Source of the DNA: Patescibacteria group bacterium
GTDB taxonomy: Bacteria > Patescibacteriota > Patescibacteriia > Patescibacteriales > UBA12075
Length of the DNA: 59,372 nt
Assembly: GCA_018897195.1 (NCBI GenBank)
Contig: JAHILH010000004.1
Span: forward strand, 149,678 to 209,049
Direction of reading: 5' to 3'
A program made the position numbers and the translations under genes. The notes under the pieces were generated by a model. The model was given only the letters and a program-made list of their open reading frames with translations. It was not told where the DNA came from and did no database searches. The stretch's first letter is position 1; the number at the start of each line of letters is the position of its first letter. Below, in pieces: positions 1 to 9,078 of the stretch.

Positions 1-1
1 C

Positions 2-217
2 AAATCAAATCCGACCTTGAAAATATTTATTTTTGTACATTCAAAGGATAAGAAGGATGAAATGATCAACAACATGAATATCCAAAAATTTACAAATATT
101 AAAGTTGTTGCCCCTGAATATATCGAAGTTAAGGATAAATATAAATATGATCTAGAAACAATCTCTCAAACAATTTTTAACAAAGTTAATTTTAAAAAAA
201 ACGACGATGAAAATTAA
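2..217 (+). CDS. C-terminal fragment of an unidentified gene that continues upstream of the window
   Basis: The frame is open from the window edge to TAA at 215-217. Its stop overlaps the ATG of the next gene (ATGAAAATTAA at 207-217). The ~72 visible residues contain no recognisable motif. Confidence 0.4.
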   Translation, partial: KSNPTLKIFIFVHSKDKKDEMINNMNIQKFTNIKVVAPEYIEVKDKYKYDLETISQTIFNKVNFKKNDDEN

Positions 218-2084
218 CAGCATACAAAGCTCACTAACAAAAGAATCAATTTTTATAGTTGGCTATGTATCTTCAATTGAGGGTAGAAAAGTTCGAATAA
301 GGGTAAATAAAAATAAAAATGCCTCACATTTATTATATAACGGAGAAATTTTAAAAAATGTATCTGTCGGTGGTTTTATTAAAATAACTAAAGGGTTTGT
401 TGAAATAATTGGCAAAGTTGAGGGTGAATACACACAAACAGAAAAAATATTCGATGAAAGATACAACAAGTCAGAAAATAAAATTGTCAGATACTTAGAC
501 ATTTCATTGTTTGGTCATTTTGATGGAGATAAATTTGAACAAGGGATTAAGGAAATGCCCCTAATTGATAATGAGTGTTATTTACTTGATAAAAATGAGT
601 TTATCAGACTCCATCAATTTTATAAAAAAGATGAAAAGACTATTACACTAGGAGTGTTAACCGAAGAACCATCGCAAGAAATAAAGATTAGTATCAATAA
701 ATTATTTGCAAGTCATATTGGTATTTTTGGAAACACTGGAAGCGGGAAATCAAACACTCTGGCAAGAATTTATTATGAGTTATTTTTACAAATGAAAGAT
801 AACGATAACTTTAAAAATAATTCAAAATTTATTATTATTGATTTTAATGGAGAGTATGGAAAGGTAGCTCAGACCGGTTTAGTAGATGAAATAATTACAA
901 AACACAAAAAAGTATATTCCTTAAATACCAGAAAAGAAGCTGGTGAAATTCAATTATCTGAAAAAATACCACTAAATGAGAAGGATTTGATAGATGTCGA
1001 ATTAATATCGATATTAGCAAATGCTTCAGAAAAAACACAAAAGCCTTTTATAAAAAGGGCTATAAGTTTCTATAAAAAAGTTCACAAAACAGGAACTATT
1101 GATGAAGGTTTGGTTTACTTTAAAAATATCCTAAAAAATAAATTAGTATCCATTCTCCAAATGGTAACAAAAGAAAAATCTCATACACTGCTTGATTATA
1201 TTAAAATAATTCTAGATATATCTGATGGAGATGCTATCACAATCCCGAGTTGGAATAGTTCGCTAAATTATTTCATGTCCGCCACTAACACCGTCAATGG
1301 AAGTAGGCAAATTTTAAAAGCAGAAATAATTCAAACTGATTTATATAAAAAAATTGATGACTACATTTTTCCAACTAATGCAATATCTAAATTAATTCAC
1401 TTTTTATATTTACAACTAATATTTGACATATACAACGATAAAGCACAAAATGAACACATCGCACCAGCGGTAAACAAATTAAAAAGTAAACAAAAGGACA
1501 TTGAAAAAGTACTAGACACAGAAAACAACCAAGCAATGTTTCCCGAAAATATAAATTTAATTATAGTAGATTTAAAAAATACAAATCTGGAAATAAAAAA
1601 AACGCTACCATTGATTATTGCTAAAAAATTATATGATGAACATAAAATTGATTTCGAAAACAAATCTTTGCATATTATCATAGATGAAGCACATAATATT
1701 TTATCCAGCTCGTCAGAAAGAGAAAATGAAAATTGGAAAGATTATAGATTGGAGACCTTTGAAGAAATTATTAAAGAAGGTAGAAAATTTAATACTTTCT
1801 TGACTATTTCTAGTCAGAGACCATATGACATATCACAAACACTAATTTCACAACTCCACAACTATTTTATTCACAGACTCATAAATAATTATGACATAAA
1901 TGCAATTGAAAAAACGGTTTCATATTTAGACAAATTATCATTTGAATCAATCCCGGTTCTATCAGTTGGAAGTTGCTTTTTTGCTGGTCTTGCTTCTAAT
2001 ATACCTACAAAGGTAAGTGTTAATTTGCTAGATAAAAAAAATCAACCCAACAGTGAAACAATTACACTGACCAATATTTGGTAA
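207..2084 (+). CDS. HerA/FtsK-like (DUF87-type) ATPase
   Basis: N-terminal barrel-like segment GYVSSIEGRKVRIRV. Walker A is GIFGNTGSGKSNT and Walker B is LHIIIDEAHNIL. The later EGRKFNTFLTISSQRP segment is typical of HerA-type ATPases. Length is 625 aa. Confidence 0.7.
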   Translation: MKINSIQSSLTKESIFIVGYVSSIEGRKVRIRVNKNKNASHLLYNGEILKNVSVGGFIKITKGFVEIIGKVEGEYTQTEKIFDERYNKSENKIVRYLDISLFGHFDGDKFEQGIKEMPLIDNECYLLDKNEFIRLHQFYKKDEKTITLGVLTEEPSQEIKISINKLFASHIGIFGNTGSGKSNTLARIYYELFLQMKDNDNFKNNSKFIIIDFNGEYGKVAQTGLVDEIITKHKKVYSLNTRKEAGEIQLSEKIPLNEKDLIDVELISILANASEKTQKPFIKRAISFYKKVHKTGTIDEGLVYFKNILKNKLVSILQMVTKEKSHTLLDYIKIILDISDGDAITIPSWNSSLNYFMSATNTVNGSRQILKAEIIQTDLYKKIDDYIFPTNAISKLIHFLYLQLIFDIYNDKAQNEHIAPAVNKLKSKQKDIEKVLDTENNQAMFPENINLIIVDLKNTNLEIKKTLPLIIAKKLYDEHKIDFENKSLHIIIDEAHNILSSSSERENENWKDYRLETFEEIIKEGRKFNTFLTISSQRPYDISQTLISQLHNYFIHRLINNYDINAIEKTVSYLDKLSFESIPVLSVGSCFFAGLASNIPTKVSVNLLDKKNQPNSETITLTNIW

Positions 2085-2195
2085 TTCATAAAAAATTAAA
2101 ATACCTATTTCTCAAATAAACAATACAATTTAATAAGCTTTTTATATACTTAGAAATTATCAATTCTTATAAAGAAAAGATGAAATGTATATAGT

Positions 2196-2225
2196 AAAAA
2201 ACTACCGCTTTTGAGGTAGTTTTTT
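2196..2225. terminator. Bidirectional intrinsic terminator between convergent genes
   Basis: AAAAA-ACTACC-gcttttga-GGTAGT-TTTTT hairpin. Confidence 0.6.
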
Positions 2226-2266
2226 GCATTTTTTAGAGACCTATTTTAAATCACTGGGCAACGACC

Positions 2267-3238
2267 TTATACTGAAAAATCAAATGAATATATGCCATCC
2301 TCTAGCAATGTCACCTCAATATTAGTTCTGCCATAATTTTCAAGATCGCTCTTTGTCACTCTTTGCCCTAAGGGAACACCGATTCTCTCTCTAATATATT
2401 TACCAAGCTCGCATTTAACTGGAGATGAGCTAATTTGTTTAGGATATTTCACTTCATCAATCATTGCATTACCTTCTAATAATCCTCTCATTGTTCTACC
2501 ATCATCCCAAATAATATCAATAGAATCATTATGTCTTTGAGCTCTCCCCTCCCCAGATATCGTGGGCTGCACTATCTGCTTTTGAGGGAATAATAATGGA
2601 AATGCTCGAATCTGTTCCACTGTTATTGGTATATAAGCATCATTTGGATTGGTATGATTGTTGGGATTTTGACCCCAATTCAACCCTGCAGCATTATGAA
2701 TTTCTCCATCTCTCATTAATAAAGAAAGTAAACAATTACCAGTTTGAGTGACACCAATAATTGCGGATCCTGATATTATTCTTGTAACAACATCTAAGCA
2801 AGTAACTGAATTAGCAAGGACAAGCTCAACATAATCGTTTAAAGAACTGTAAATATCGGTCGGCACATCAGCTAATACCTCTCGCAATGGTGTAGTAAGT
2901 CCATTTACAGAAAAATTAGCGGATCCAATTAGTGCGTGAATTATTTCACCATGCCTTCTCCATAAATAACACTTCGAATGAACTGGTATCTTAGAATAAT
3001 AAATATTCAGCGTTGGGGGACTACTCTCCTGAATAGACTTTAGAGAATTGTGAAGTTTTGATTTTATACCTTCAGATCCATACATACCGTAAATTATTTT
3101 GGACCCAAAGGGTAATTCCTCTAGCCTTGCCACAGGATTTGGACCAAGATAACCAGAAAGTATAATCAACTCATCTACGTCCCGTAGATTGTTGTGACAG
3201 GTAAACACTACCTCTTCTAAATTCTTAGTGAATAACAT
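2267..3238 (-). CDS. PLD-superfamily (NgoFVII/BfiI-like) restriction endonuclease
   Basis: HKD motif VHSKCYLW...IGSANFS in the N-terminal half, plus a separate C-terminal domain of about 150 aa. It starts directly after the stop of the second m5C methyltransferase, in the same operon. Confidence 0.7.
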   Translation of the reverse strand: MLFTKNLEEVVFTCHNNLRDVDELIILSGYLGPNPVARLEELPFGSKIIYGMYGSEGIKSKLHNSLKSIQESSPPTLNIYYSKIPVHSKCYLWRRHGEIIHALIGSANFSVNGLTTPLREVLADVPTDIYSSLNDYVELVLANSVTCLDVVTRIISGSAIIGVTQTGNCLLSLLMRDGEIHNAAGLNWGQNPNNHTNPNDAYIPITVEQIRAFPLLFPQKQIVQPTISGEGRAQRHNDSIDIIWDDGRTMRGLLEGNAMIDEVKYPKQISSSPVKCELGKYIRERIGVPLGQRVTKSDLENYGRTNIEVTLLEDGIYSFDFSV

Positions 3239-4453
3239 TTATTTATATTTATTTATTAAATCGTTTATTCCTTGCGCTACAATCTTAGCAAATAAAGAAG
3301 GTACAGCATTACCAATCATTTTATACTGATCACCCATGCTACCTAAAAATTCAAAGTCATCTGAAAAAGTTTGTAGCCTAGCTGCCTCTCGAACAGTGAT
3401 AGATCTTGCCTGCATTGGATCAGGATGAATATGACGCAAGCCATCCTTATATAAATGAGCCACTATGGTATTACTCGGTTTATTATTATCTAAAACGTGA
3501 TACTTATGAACAGTTGACACTTTCCCTGTTTTTTCAGTATAAAGTTTTTTTAAATCATCTACGTTATTATATTTTCTTTTTTTTCTGGTTAAATCACTTG
3601 CAAGTTCTTTAAAAATTTCAATATCTCTAATGGAGTGAAATCTTGGAATATGGTTCTTGACATTATTTTTTCCAATTATTCTATGGGAAATTTTGCCATT
3701 ATTTACAATCTCAGCCTTGGGCAAATCCATAATTGCATCTCTAACTGTTCTTTTTTTTGATTTATACCGAGGAAGAATATTTTCATAAAAATCTAACAAT
3801 ATTTCCTGTTTATCACCTTTAAAGTATTTATTACTTAGACCAACAATAATTAGTCTTTTTCTTTGTTGTGGTACTCCAAAATCAGAAACATCAAATGCTG
3901 CTTTTTTTAGATCAAAAATTATTGTATACCCAATTTTATCAAATGACTTTCTTATAAGCTCTTCAATTGGAATATCTCCTGGTTTTGCACTCAACAAACC
4001 TAAAACATTTTCAAAAACGAATAATTTAGGTTCGAATTTTTTTACAATTTTTATATAAGTCTCAAATAAATAGTTGCGATAATCATCTCTCATACCATTT
4101 TTATCTCTAATCCGACCAGCTATTGAGTATGCTTGACATGGTGGGCCACCGATAATTATATCGACCACTCCACCCTTCTCCTCAATAACCTTTTTTAAAC
4201 CTTTGTGTTTACCATATTTTAAATCTGACCACCCGTTTATTAATTCGTCTGTCCTTTGCATATCAAAATGTAGAGCAAATTGCTCGGCATCTTTATACCC
4301 CCATTTTGTTTTTAACCTATTTACAAGAGTATTTAAAGCTGGCTTGTCCCATTCAACAACTGCAATAGATGAAAATAAACCCGATGACTCAAACCCATCG
4401 GTAAGACCACCACAACCAGAAAATAAATCTACTGTTTTTAATTTATTTTTCAT
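3239..4453 (-). CDS. DNA (cytosine-5)-methyltransferase, second of two
   Basis: Motif I FSGCGG, motif IV GGPPCQAYS, then ENV, PQQRKR and the C-terminal GNAVP. Confidence 0.9.
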   Translation of the reverse strand: MKNKLKTVDLFSGCGGLTDGFESSGLFSSIAVVEWDKPALNTLVNRLKTKWGYKDAEQFALHFDMQRTDELINGWSDLKYGKHKGLKKVIEEKGGVVDIIIGGPPCQAYSIAGRIRDKNGMRDDYRNYLFETYIKIVKKFEPKLFVFENVLGLLSAKPGDIPIEELIRKSFDKIGYTIIFDLKKAAFDVSDFGVPQQRKRLIIVGLSNKYFKGDKQEILLDFYENILPRYKSKKRTVRDAIMDLPKAEIVNNGKISHRIIGKNNVKNHIPRFHSIRDIEIFKELASDLTRKKRKYNNVDDLKKLYTEKTGKVSTVHKYHVLDNNKPSNTIVAHLYKDGLRHIHPDPMQARSITVREAARLQTFSDDFEFLGSMGDQYKMIGNAVPSLFAKIVAQGINDLINKYK

Positions 4454-5516
4454 AATTTAAATATTTTAACAATTCATCGGCTAATGCTTTTGCCAATAAA
4501 GGTGGCACCGCGTTTCCAACTTGCTTGTTTTGCTGAGTTTTTACACCCTTAAAAACAAAACTATCAGGGAATGACTGAAGTCTTGCATTCTCTCTAATTG
4601 TTGGCACTCTATTATGTTTATAATGAAAATGATTCCTATGTCCTGTGTCTATAGTCTTTGATGGTTTTTTACTATGATATCTCGTCCACGCTTCATTAAA
4701 TTTTCTAGATTCACCAACACCTTTTGGCAAATCTTTATGATTGCCCCCCTCAGGAACTTGTGAAATTACATTAATAACTTCTTTGGTGTGTTTAGTTCCA
4801 ACGTGATTATATAATATTTTCTCATCTCCCCTCATAAGCACCTGATAACTAGATTTAGCTTTTTTTGAATATTTATCTTTCTCATTCCCAATGTCATCAA
4901 CTAGATCTGATAAATCACTAATTGCTTGTTCACATGTAACATAATCAGTTGGCTTATGTGACGGTTCGGGAAATTCAAATTTGCCATATTTTTTTAATAA
5001 TCCCACAAATACAATTCTTTTTCTAATTTGTGGTACTCCATAATCAGGAGCAAACAAAACTTTACTGTTAACTGTATATCCAAGCTCCTCATATCTTTCC
5101 AATATTCTTTTTTTTGCAACACCACCATAAAGAGTTTCCAACCCAGGAACATTTTCAATAATAACGGCCCTTGGCTTAATCTTCTCTGCTAAATCAAAAA
5201 CTGCATTAAAAAGTACATTACGCTTATCATCTTTTAATCTTGTTCCGCTCAATGAAAAACCCTGACATGGAGGACCGGCTATTATTACATCAACCCTTTT
5301 TTCTCCCTTAGCATTTATAATTTCTTCTATGGCCTTATCGTCCGACAAATCAAGCTTTAAAGCTTTTGCACCATCGTGATTAAAAAGAAAGGTATCCAAA
5401 GATGGCTGATCATGATCGACCCCAACTAATATATTAAAACCAGCTTGTGTAAAACCACACGAAAAACCACCACAACCAGAAAAAAGTTCAATTACATTTA
5501 ATTTCTTTGTAGACAT
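4443..5516 (-). CDS. DNA (cytosine-5)-methyltransferase, first of two
   Basis: FSGCGG, AGPPCQGFS, ENVPG, PQIRKR and GNAVPP motifs. The likely start is the ATG at 5516 (MSTKKLN) and not 5537. Its stop overlaps the start of the next MTase by 11 nt. Confidence 0.9.
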   Translation of the reverse strand: MSTKKLNVIELFSGCGGFSCGFTQAGFNILVGVDHDQPSLDTFLFNHDGAKALKLDLSDDKAIEEIINAKGEKRVDVIIAGPPCQGFSLSGTRLKDDKRNVLFNAVFDLAEKIKPRAVIIENVPGLETLYGGVAKKRILERYEELGYTVNSKVLFAPDYGVPQIRKRIVFVGLLKKYGKFEFPEPSHKPTDYVTCEQAISDLSDLVDDIGNEKDKYSKKAKSSYQVLMRGDEKILYNHVGTKHTKEVINVISQVPEGGNHKDLPKGVGESRKFNEAWTRYHSKKPSKTIDTGHRNHFHYKHNRVPTIRENARLQSFPDSFVFKGVKTQQNKQVGNAVPPLLAKALADELLKYLNYEK

Positions 5517-5686
5517 AATAGCATAAATTAAATACACACATGTAATCCATGCGCTTTATCTTCTCATAATAACATATTTTTATAATATACAAAATATAAT
5601 CTACGCAAACTTTTAACCCTCAACATCTCAATAATAGTTTGGTTGACTTATTTACACTTTATTGCTAATATTTCCATAATAATGAT

Positions 5687-6508
5687 ATGTATATAATTGA
5701 GATAGAAAATAAACTAAACAACTTTATTGAAGAATACGACAAACAAAAAACGGGCAACGATTGTATGCGCGTTGTTTCTGAATATGCTGATTTTATAAAG
5801 ACAATTAAAAATGAGGAAATTAAAAAATACCTAACATACGTGAATAATCTTAATAAATTATTCGATCAAATGGAAACAGGTGAAATAAAAACCAATAATG
5901 AGTCAAGTGAGGATCAAAAACGTATAATAGCTAATGATCTTTTAAATTTTTTTATGTTTGGAACGCCATTTTTGGCAATTTTTTCAATCAGTGAATTATT
6001 AAACAACTTAAAAAACAAACAAACGCCCTACGAACCAGAAAAACAAATCCTATTTAGTGGTGCCATGTTTGATAGCTATTTTATTGATAACTATAAAATT
6101 ATCTTTAGAAATTTTATACGCATGTGTAATGATCAAATATTTAGCATTACCAGTAGTTTAAAAATACACAAACCACAAAAACAAGCCATAACAATTTCAA
6201 TTTCTAAAACTAAGGGAATCTACAGAAAATTTAATAATAAAACCCTAACATACCCAATAAGAAGTAAAAAGCGTCGTTCTGATCTTATTTATCTGCTTCA
6301 AGATGGTATAAAAAGTAATAGCGAGTTAGTAGGGACCCTAAAAAAGAATTATAAAAATACGGACAAGACAATAATAACAAAAAGTATTACTGATACAAAC
6401 AAACAATTTAAAAGAAATCTAGACCTGGAAGATGAAATTATATTAAGTCTACCAACTGGAGGTTATAATTTAAATCATGAAAAATTTGAAATAATTTTTG
6501 AGAATTAA
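5687..6508 (+). CDS. Hypothetical island protein, possibly with a C-terminal winged-helix DNA-binding domain
   Basis: 273-aa ORF. The C-terminal segment ...ITDTNKQFKRNLDLEDEIILSLPTGGYNL loosely resembles OmpR/PhoB-type winged helices. The N-terminal two thirds show no motif. Confidence 0.5.
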   Translation: MYIIEIENKLNNFIEEYDKQKTGNDCMRVVSEYADFIKTIKNEEIKKYLTYVNNLNKLFDQMETGEIKTNNESSEDQKRIIANDLLNFFMFGTPFLAIFSISELLNNLKNKQTPYEPEKQILFSGAMFDSYFIDNYKIIFRNFIRMCNDQIFSITSSLKIHKPQKQAITISISKTKGIYRKFNNKTLTYPIRSKKRRSDLIYLLQDGIKSNSELVGTLKKNYKNTDKTIITKSITDTNKQFKRNLDLEDEIILSLPTGGYNLNHEKFEIIFEN

Positions 6509-6631
6509 AAAAACTCTTAGGTGACACTAGAACTCATAATAAACAATGGCTTGAAATAGCCATTTTTTGTTTACCTAAAGTCACCCAAAAGTAATCTAAA
6601 AGTAATTAGGAAAATTGTTTAAGCTTTAATC

Positions 6632-8668
6632 ATGAACAAGCAAATTATAAACATTTTTTTTAATCACGTAAAAATTCCCAACACATCAATTCAGCTTGGT
6701 GAAGTAAATAATATTCATCACACAATTCGATATGATGAAGAGTTTGATTTTGAAGAATATATAAACAAACACCCATCACAAAATATCTATTTTCTTGGTG
6801 GTATAAAAGATGGTGTCACAACCAGGGCAAAAGATGCTGACATTTTTATTAAAAACTACATTGCTCTAGATTTTGATATTAGACAAGAAATGAAAAAGCG
6901 AAATGAAGAGTGTGACGACGAAATACTAAAACGAAAGGCGAATCAAATTCTTGAACAATTTAAATCATCGCCGGAGCTAAAAGATTATTCATATGCCCTA
7001 CTAAGCGGCAACGGATTGCACGTCTATTATTTTTGCAAGCCAATAAAAATAAACGATGCAGAAATTTTTAAACTTGGCTTAAAAAATTTAATTGAGTTCG
7101 TACGCTTTTATTCCCCCATCACCGCTGATACGGCTTGCTCAAATTTGGCTAGAATCTTTCGCATACCCGGAAGTGTCAATCAAAAAAATAGTATGCAAAC
7201 CATACTTATGGAGTTTGAATTTACACTATCAAATATTATTGAAAATATTTTAAAATTAGGCAAAGCGGAAATGTCAGAAACAAGTGCCATAAAAGATATT
7301 CATAATGCTCGACCTCCAGAAAATAATACTTATACTGCGATTAACAATATACCACTACCACCCATTGTCTGCGCAGCTCTCAACTTAGACTATGATGGCA
7401 AAAAGAACTTTCGCGCTAATGGTGACAAAAAAATAAAAGCATGTTTTATGAGCGAAAAAAATCAAAACATTATTATTTCCGGTGGCACTGGCTTGTTTAG
7501 CGATCAACAGTCTGGTTACAACACATTTCAATTTGTAAAGATGATTAATAATTTCACCAACCAACAAACTTTTAATTGGTTTAACGAAAGATACCAACAT
7601 ATCACAAAACTATCCAGCAACTATAAAAGTAAAATTGATAATGATGGTGGCCTATTAGATGAAACAGAAGAACTAATTATAGTTACCGCAAAAGATATAT
7701 TGGCAAAAGAACCAAAAGAGGCGCCATTTATAGTTGACACACTAATTCCAGAAGGTGCTGTTACAGCCATTACCGCCGGATCAGGAAAAGGTAAAAGTTT
7801 GTTCATGTTGATCCTAGCTAGTCATATTGCCACAGGTAATAAATTATTTGGCATCTTTAATACTAAAAAAAGTAAGGTATTAATAATTGACCAAGAGATG
7901 GACGAAGATATCATCGTGGGTCGATTTAAAGCAACTATAAAAGAAAATATTGCCATTGATTATATCTACAACCAAGCTTGGAAAATTGATAACGAAAAAA
8001 ATTACGAGGATTTAAAGGAAATAATAATAACAAATAAATACAAAGTTTTAGTATTAGATACTTTTGCAAATATTCATAACAAACAAGAAAATGATTCTGG
8101 TGAAATGAAACGAATAAATAATAGAATGCTTAAGCTTATCAGGGACACAACGGTTACAATTATTTATTTACATCATCATCGCAAAGAACAAAATAATCAA
8201 GCCTTAAGCCAATTATCAAGTCGCGGATCAACAGAAATTATTGCGAAAGTCGCCTCGCACATAGTGGTAAATTCTAAAAAATCAATCACTGATGATAATG
8301 GAATGATTAGAACAAAATTTACCATTGCTCAAGAAAAATCCAGAAGACCTAGTAAATTTAATAAACTAGAATTCGAAACAATTTATGACGAACTAAATAA
8401 TAATACTACTTGGCAATATTTAGGCGAAACCAATCAAGAGAAATATAACGAGTCAGAAATAATTGACGAGATTTACAAACTCTTAGAAGAATCTGAGTCC
8501 ATGACTTTCGAGGAAATTAAAAAAGGCCTGAAGGATAACGATTTTGAGATTGGAGATAACAAACTGAGAGACAGTTTAAAAATTACGACGGGCAAATATT
8601 TAAGCAAAACAAAAGGAAGCGGAAAATATCACAATACTGATTATTATTCCATAAAAAATGATCAATAA
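6632..8668 (+). CDS. Bifunctional AEP-type primase-polymerase / RecA-like (RepA/AAA_25-type) ATPase
   Basis: AEP motifs IALDFDI (DxD), SGNGLHVYYF (sxH) and RIFRIPGSVN. The C-terminal half has Walker A AGSGKGKS and Walker B KVLVLDTF. Confidence 0.75.
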   Translation: MNKQIINIFFNHVKIPNTSIQLGEVNNIHHTIRYDEEFDFEEYINKHPSQNIYFLGGIKDGVTTRAKDADIFIKNYIALDFDIRQEMKKRNEECDDEILKRKANQILEQFKSSPELKDYSYALLSGNGLHVYYFCKPIKINDAEIFKLGLKNLIEFVRFYSPITADTACSNLARIFRIPGSVNQKNSMQTILMEFEFTLSNIIENILKLGKAEMSETSAIKDIHNARPPENNTYTAINNIPLPPIVCAALNLDYDGKKNFRANGDKKIKACFMSEKNQNIIISGGTGLFSDQQSGYNTFQFVKMINNFTNQQTFNWFNERYQHITKLSSNYKSKIDNDGGLLDETEELIIVTAKDILAKEPKEAPFIVDTLIPEGAVTAITAGSGKGKSLFMLILASHIATGNKLFGIFNTKKSKVLIIDQEMDEDIIVGRFKATIKENIAIDYIYNQAWKIDNEKNYEDLKEIIITNKYKVLVLDTFANIHNKQENDSGEMKRINNRMLKLIRDTTVTIIYLHHHRKEQNNQALSQLSSRGSTEIIAKVASHIVVNSKKSITDDNGMIRTKFTIAQEKSRRPSKFNKLEFETIYDELNNNTTWQYLGETNQEKYNESEIIDEIYKLLEESESMTFEEIKKGLKDNDFEIGDNKLRDSLKITTGKYLSKTKGSGKYHNTDYYSIKNDQ

Positions 8669-8729
8669 TTTACTTGTTACTTGTTACTTCCTATATAAGG
8701 ATTAATAAGTAATAAGCTGTTAGATATTC

Positions 8730-8764
8730 TTTTTTTACCGCCATAAAATGGACGGTAAAAAAAA
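8730..8764. terminator. Bidirectional hairpin terminator after the primase-helicase gene
   Basis: T7-ACCGCCAT-aaa-ATGGaCGGT-A8. Confidence 0.55.
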
Positions 8765-8872
8765 GAAAACCCAATCATCTTAAATAACTTGAAATTTCTA
8801 AAAAATATGTTAGGGTATTATAGCCAAAGTGATAGAGGAATACACTTCTCTATAATGCCCTTTAACAATTAA

Positions 8873-9073
8873 ATGACTACTGATTTAAACAATGTTTTAA
8901 AACTCATCACAACCGACCAACTTGCCGGAATGCTTAGCATATCCAAGGTCACCGTTTATCGATTAGTCGAATCTCGACAAATCCCTTTCTATAAAATAAA
9001 GGGCAGTATTCGATTTAACAAAGATGATGTTTTAAAATATTTACAAGACAATCGAATTGAATCAGGGTTTTGA
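8873..9073 (+). CDS. xis: Excisionase-family (MerR-like) helix-turn-helix protein
   Basis: 66 aa. The segment TTDQLAGMLSISKVTVYRLVESRQIPFYKI is a typical excisionase HTH. Its TGA stop overlaps the integrase ORF. Confidence 0.75.
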   Translation: MTTDLNNVLKLITTDQLAGMLSISKVTVYRLVESRQIPFYKIKGSIRFNKDDVLKYLQDNRIESGF

Positions 9074-9078
9074 CGCAT

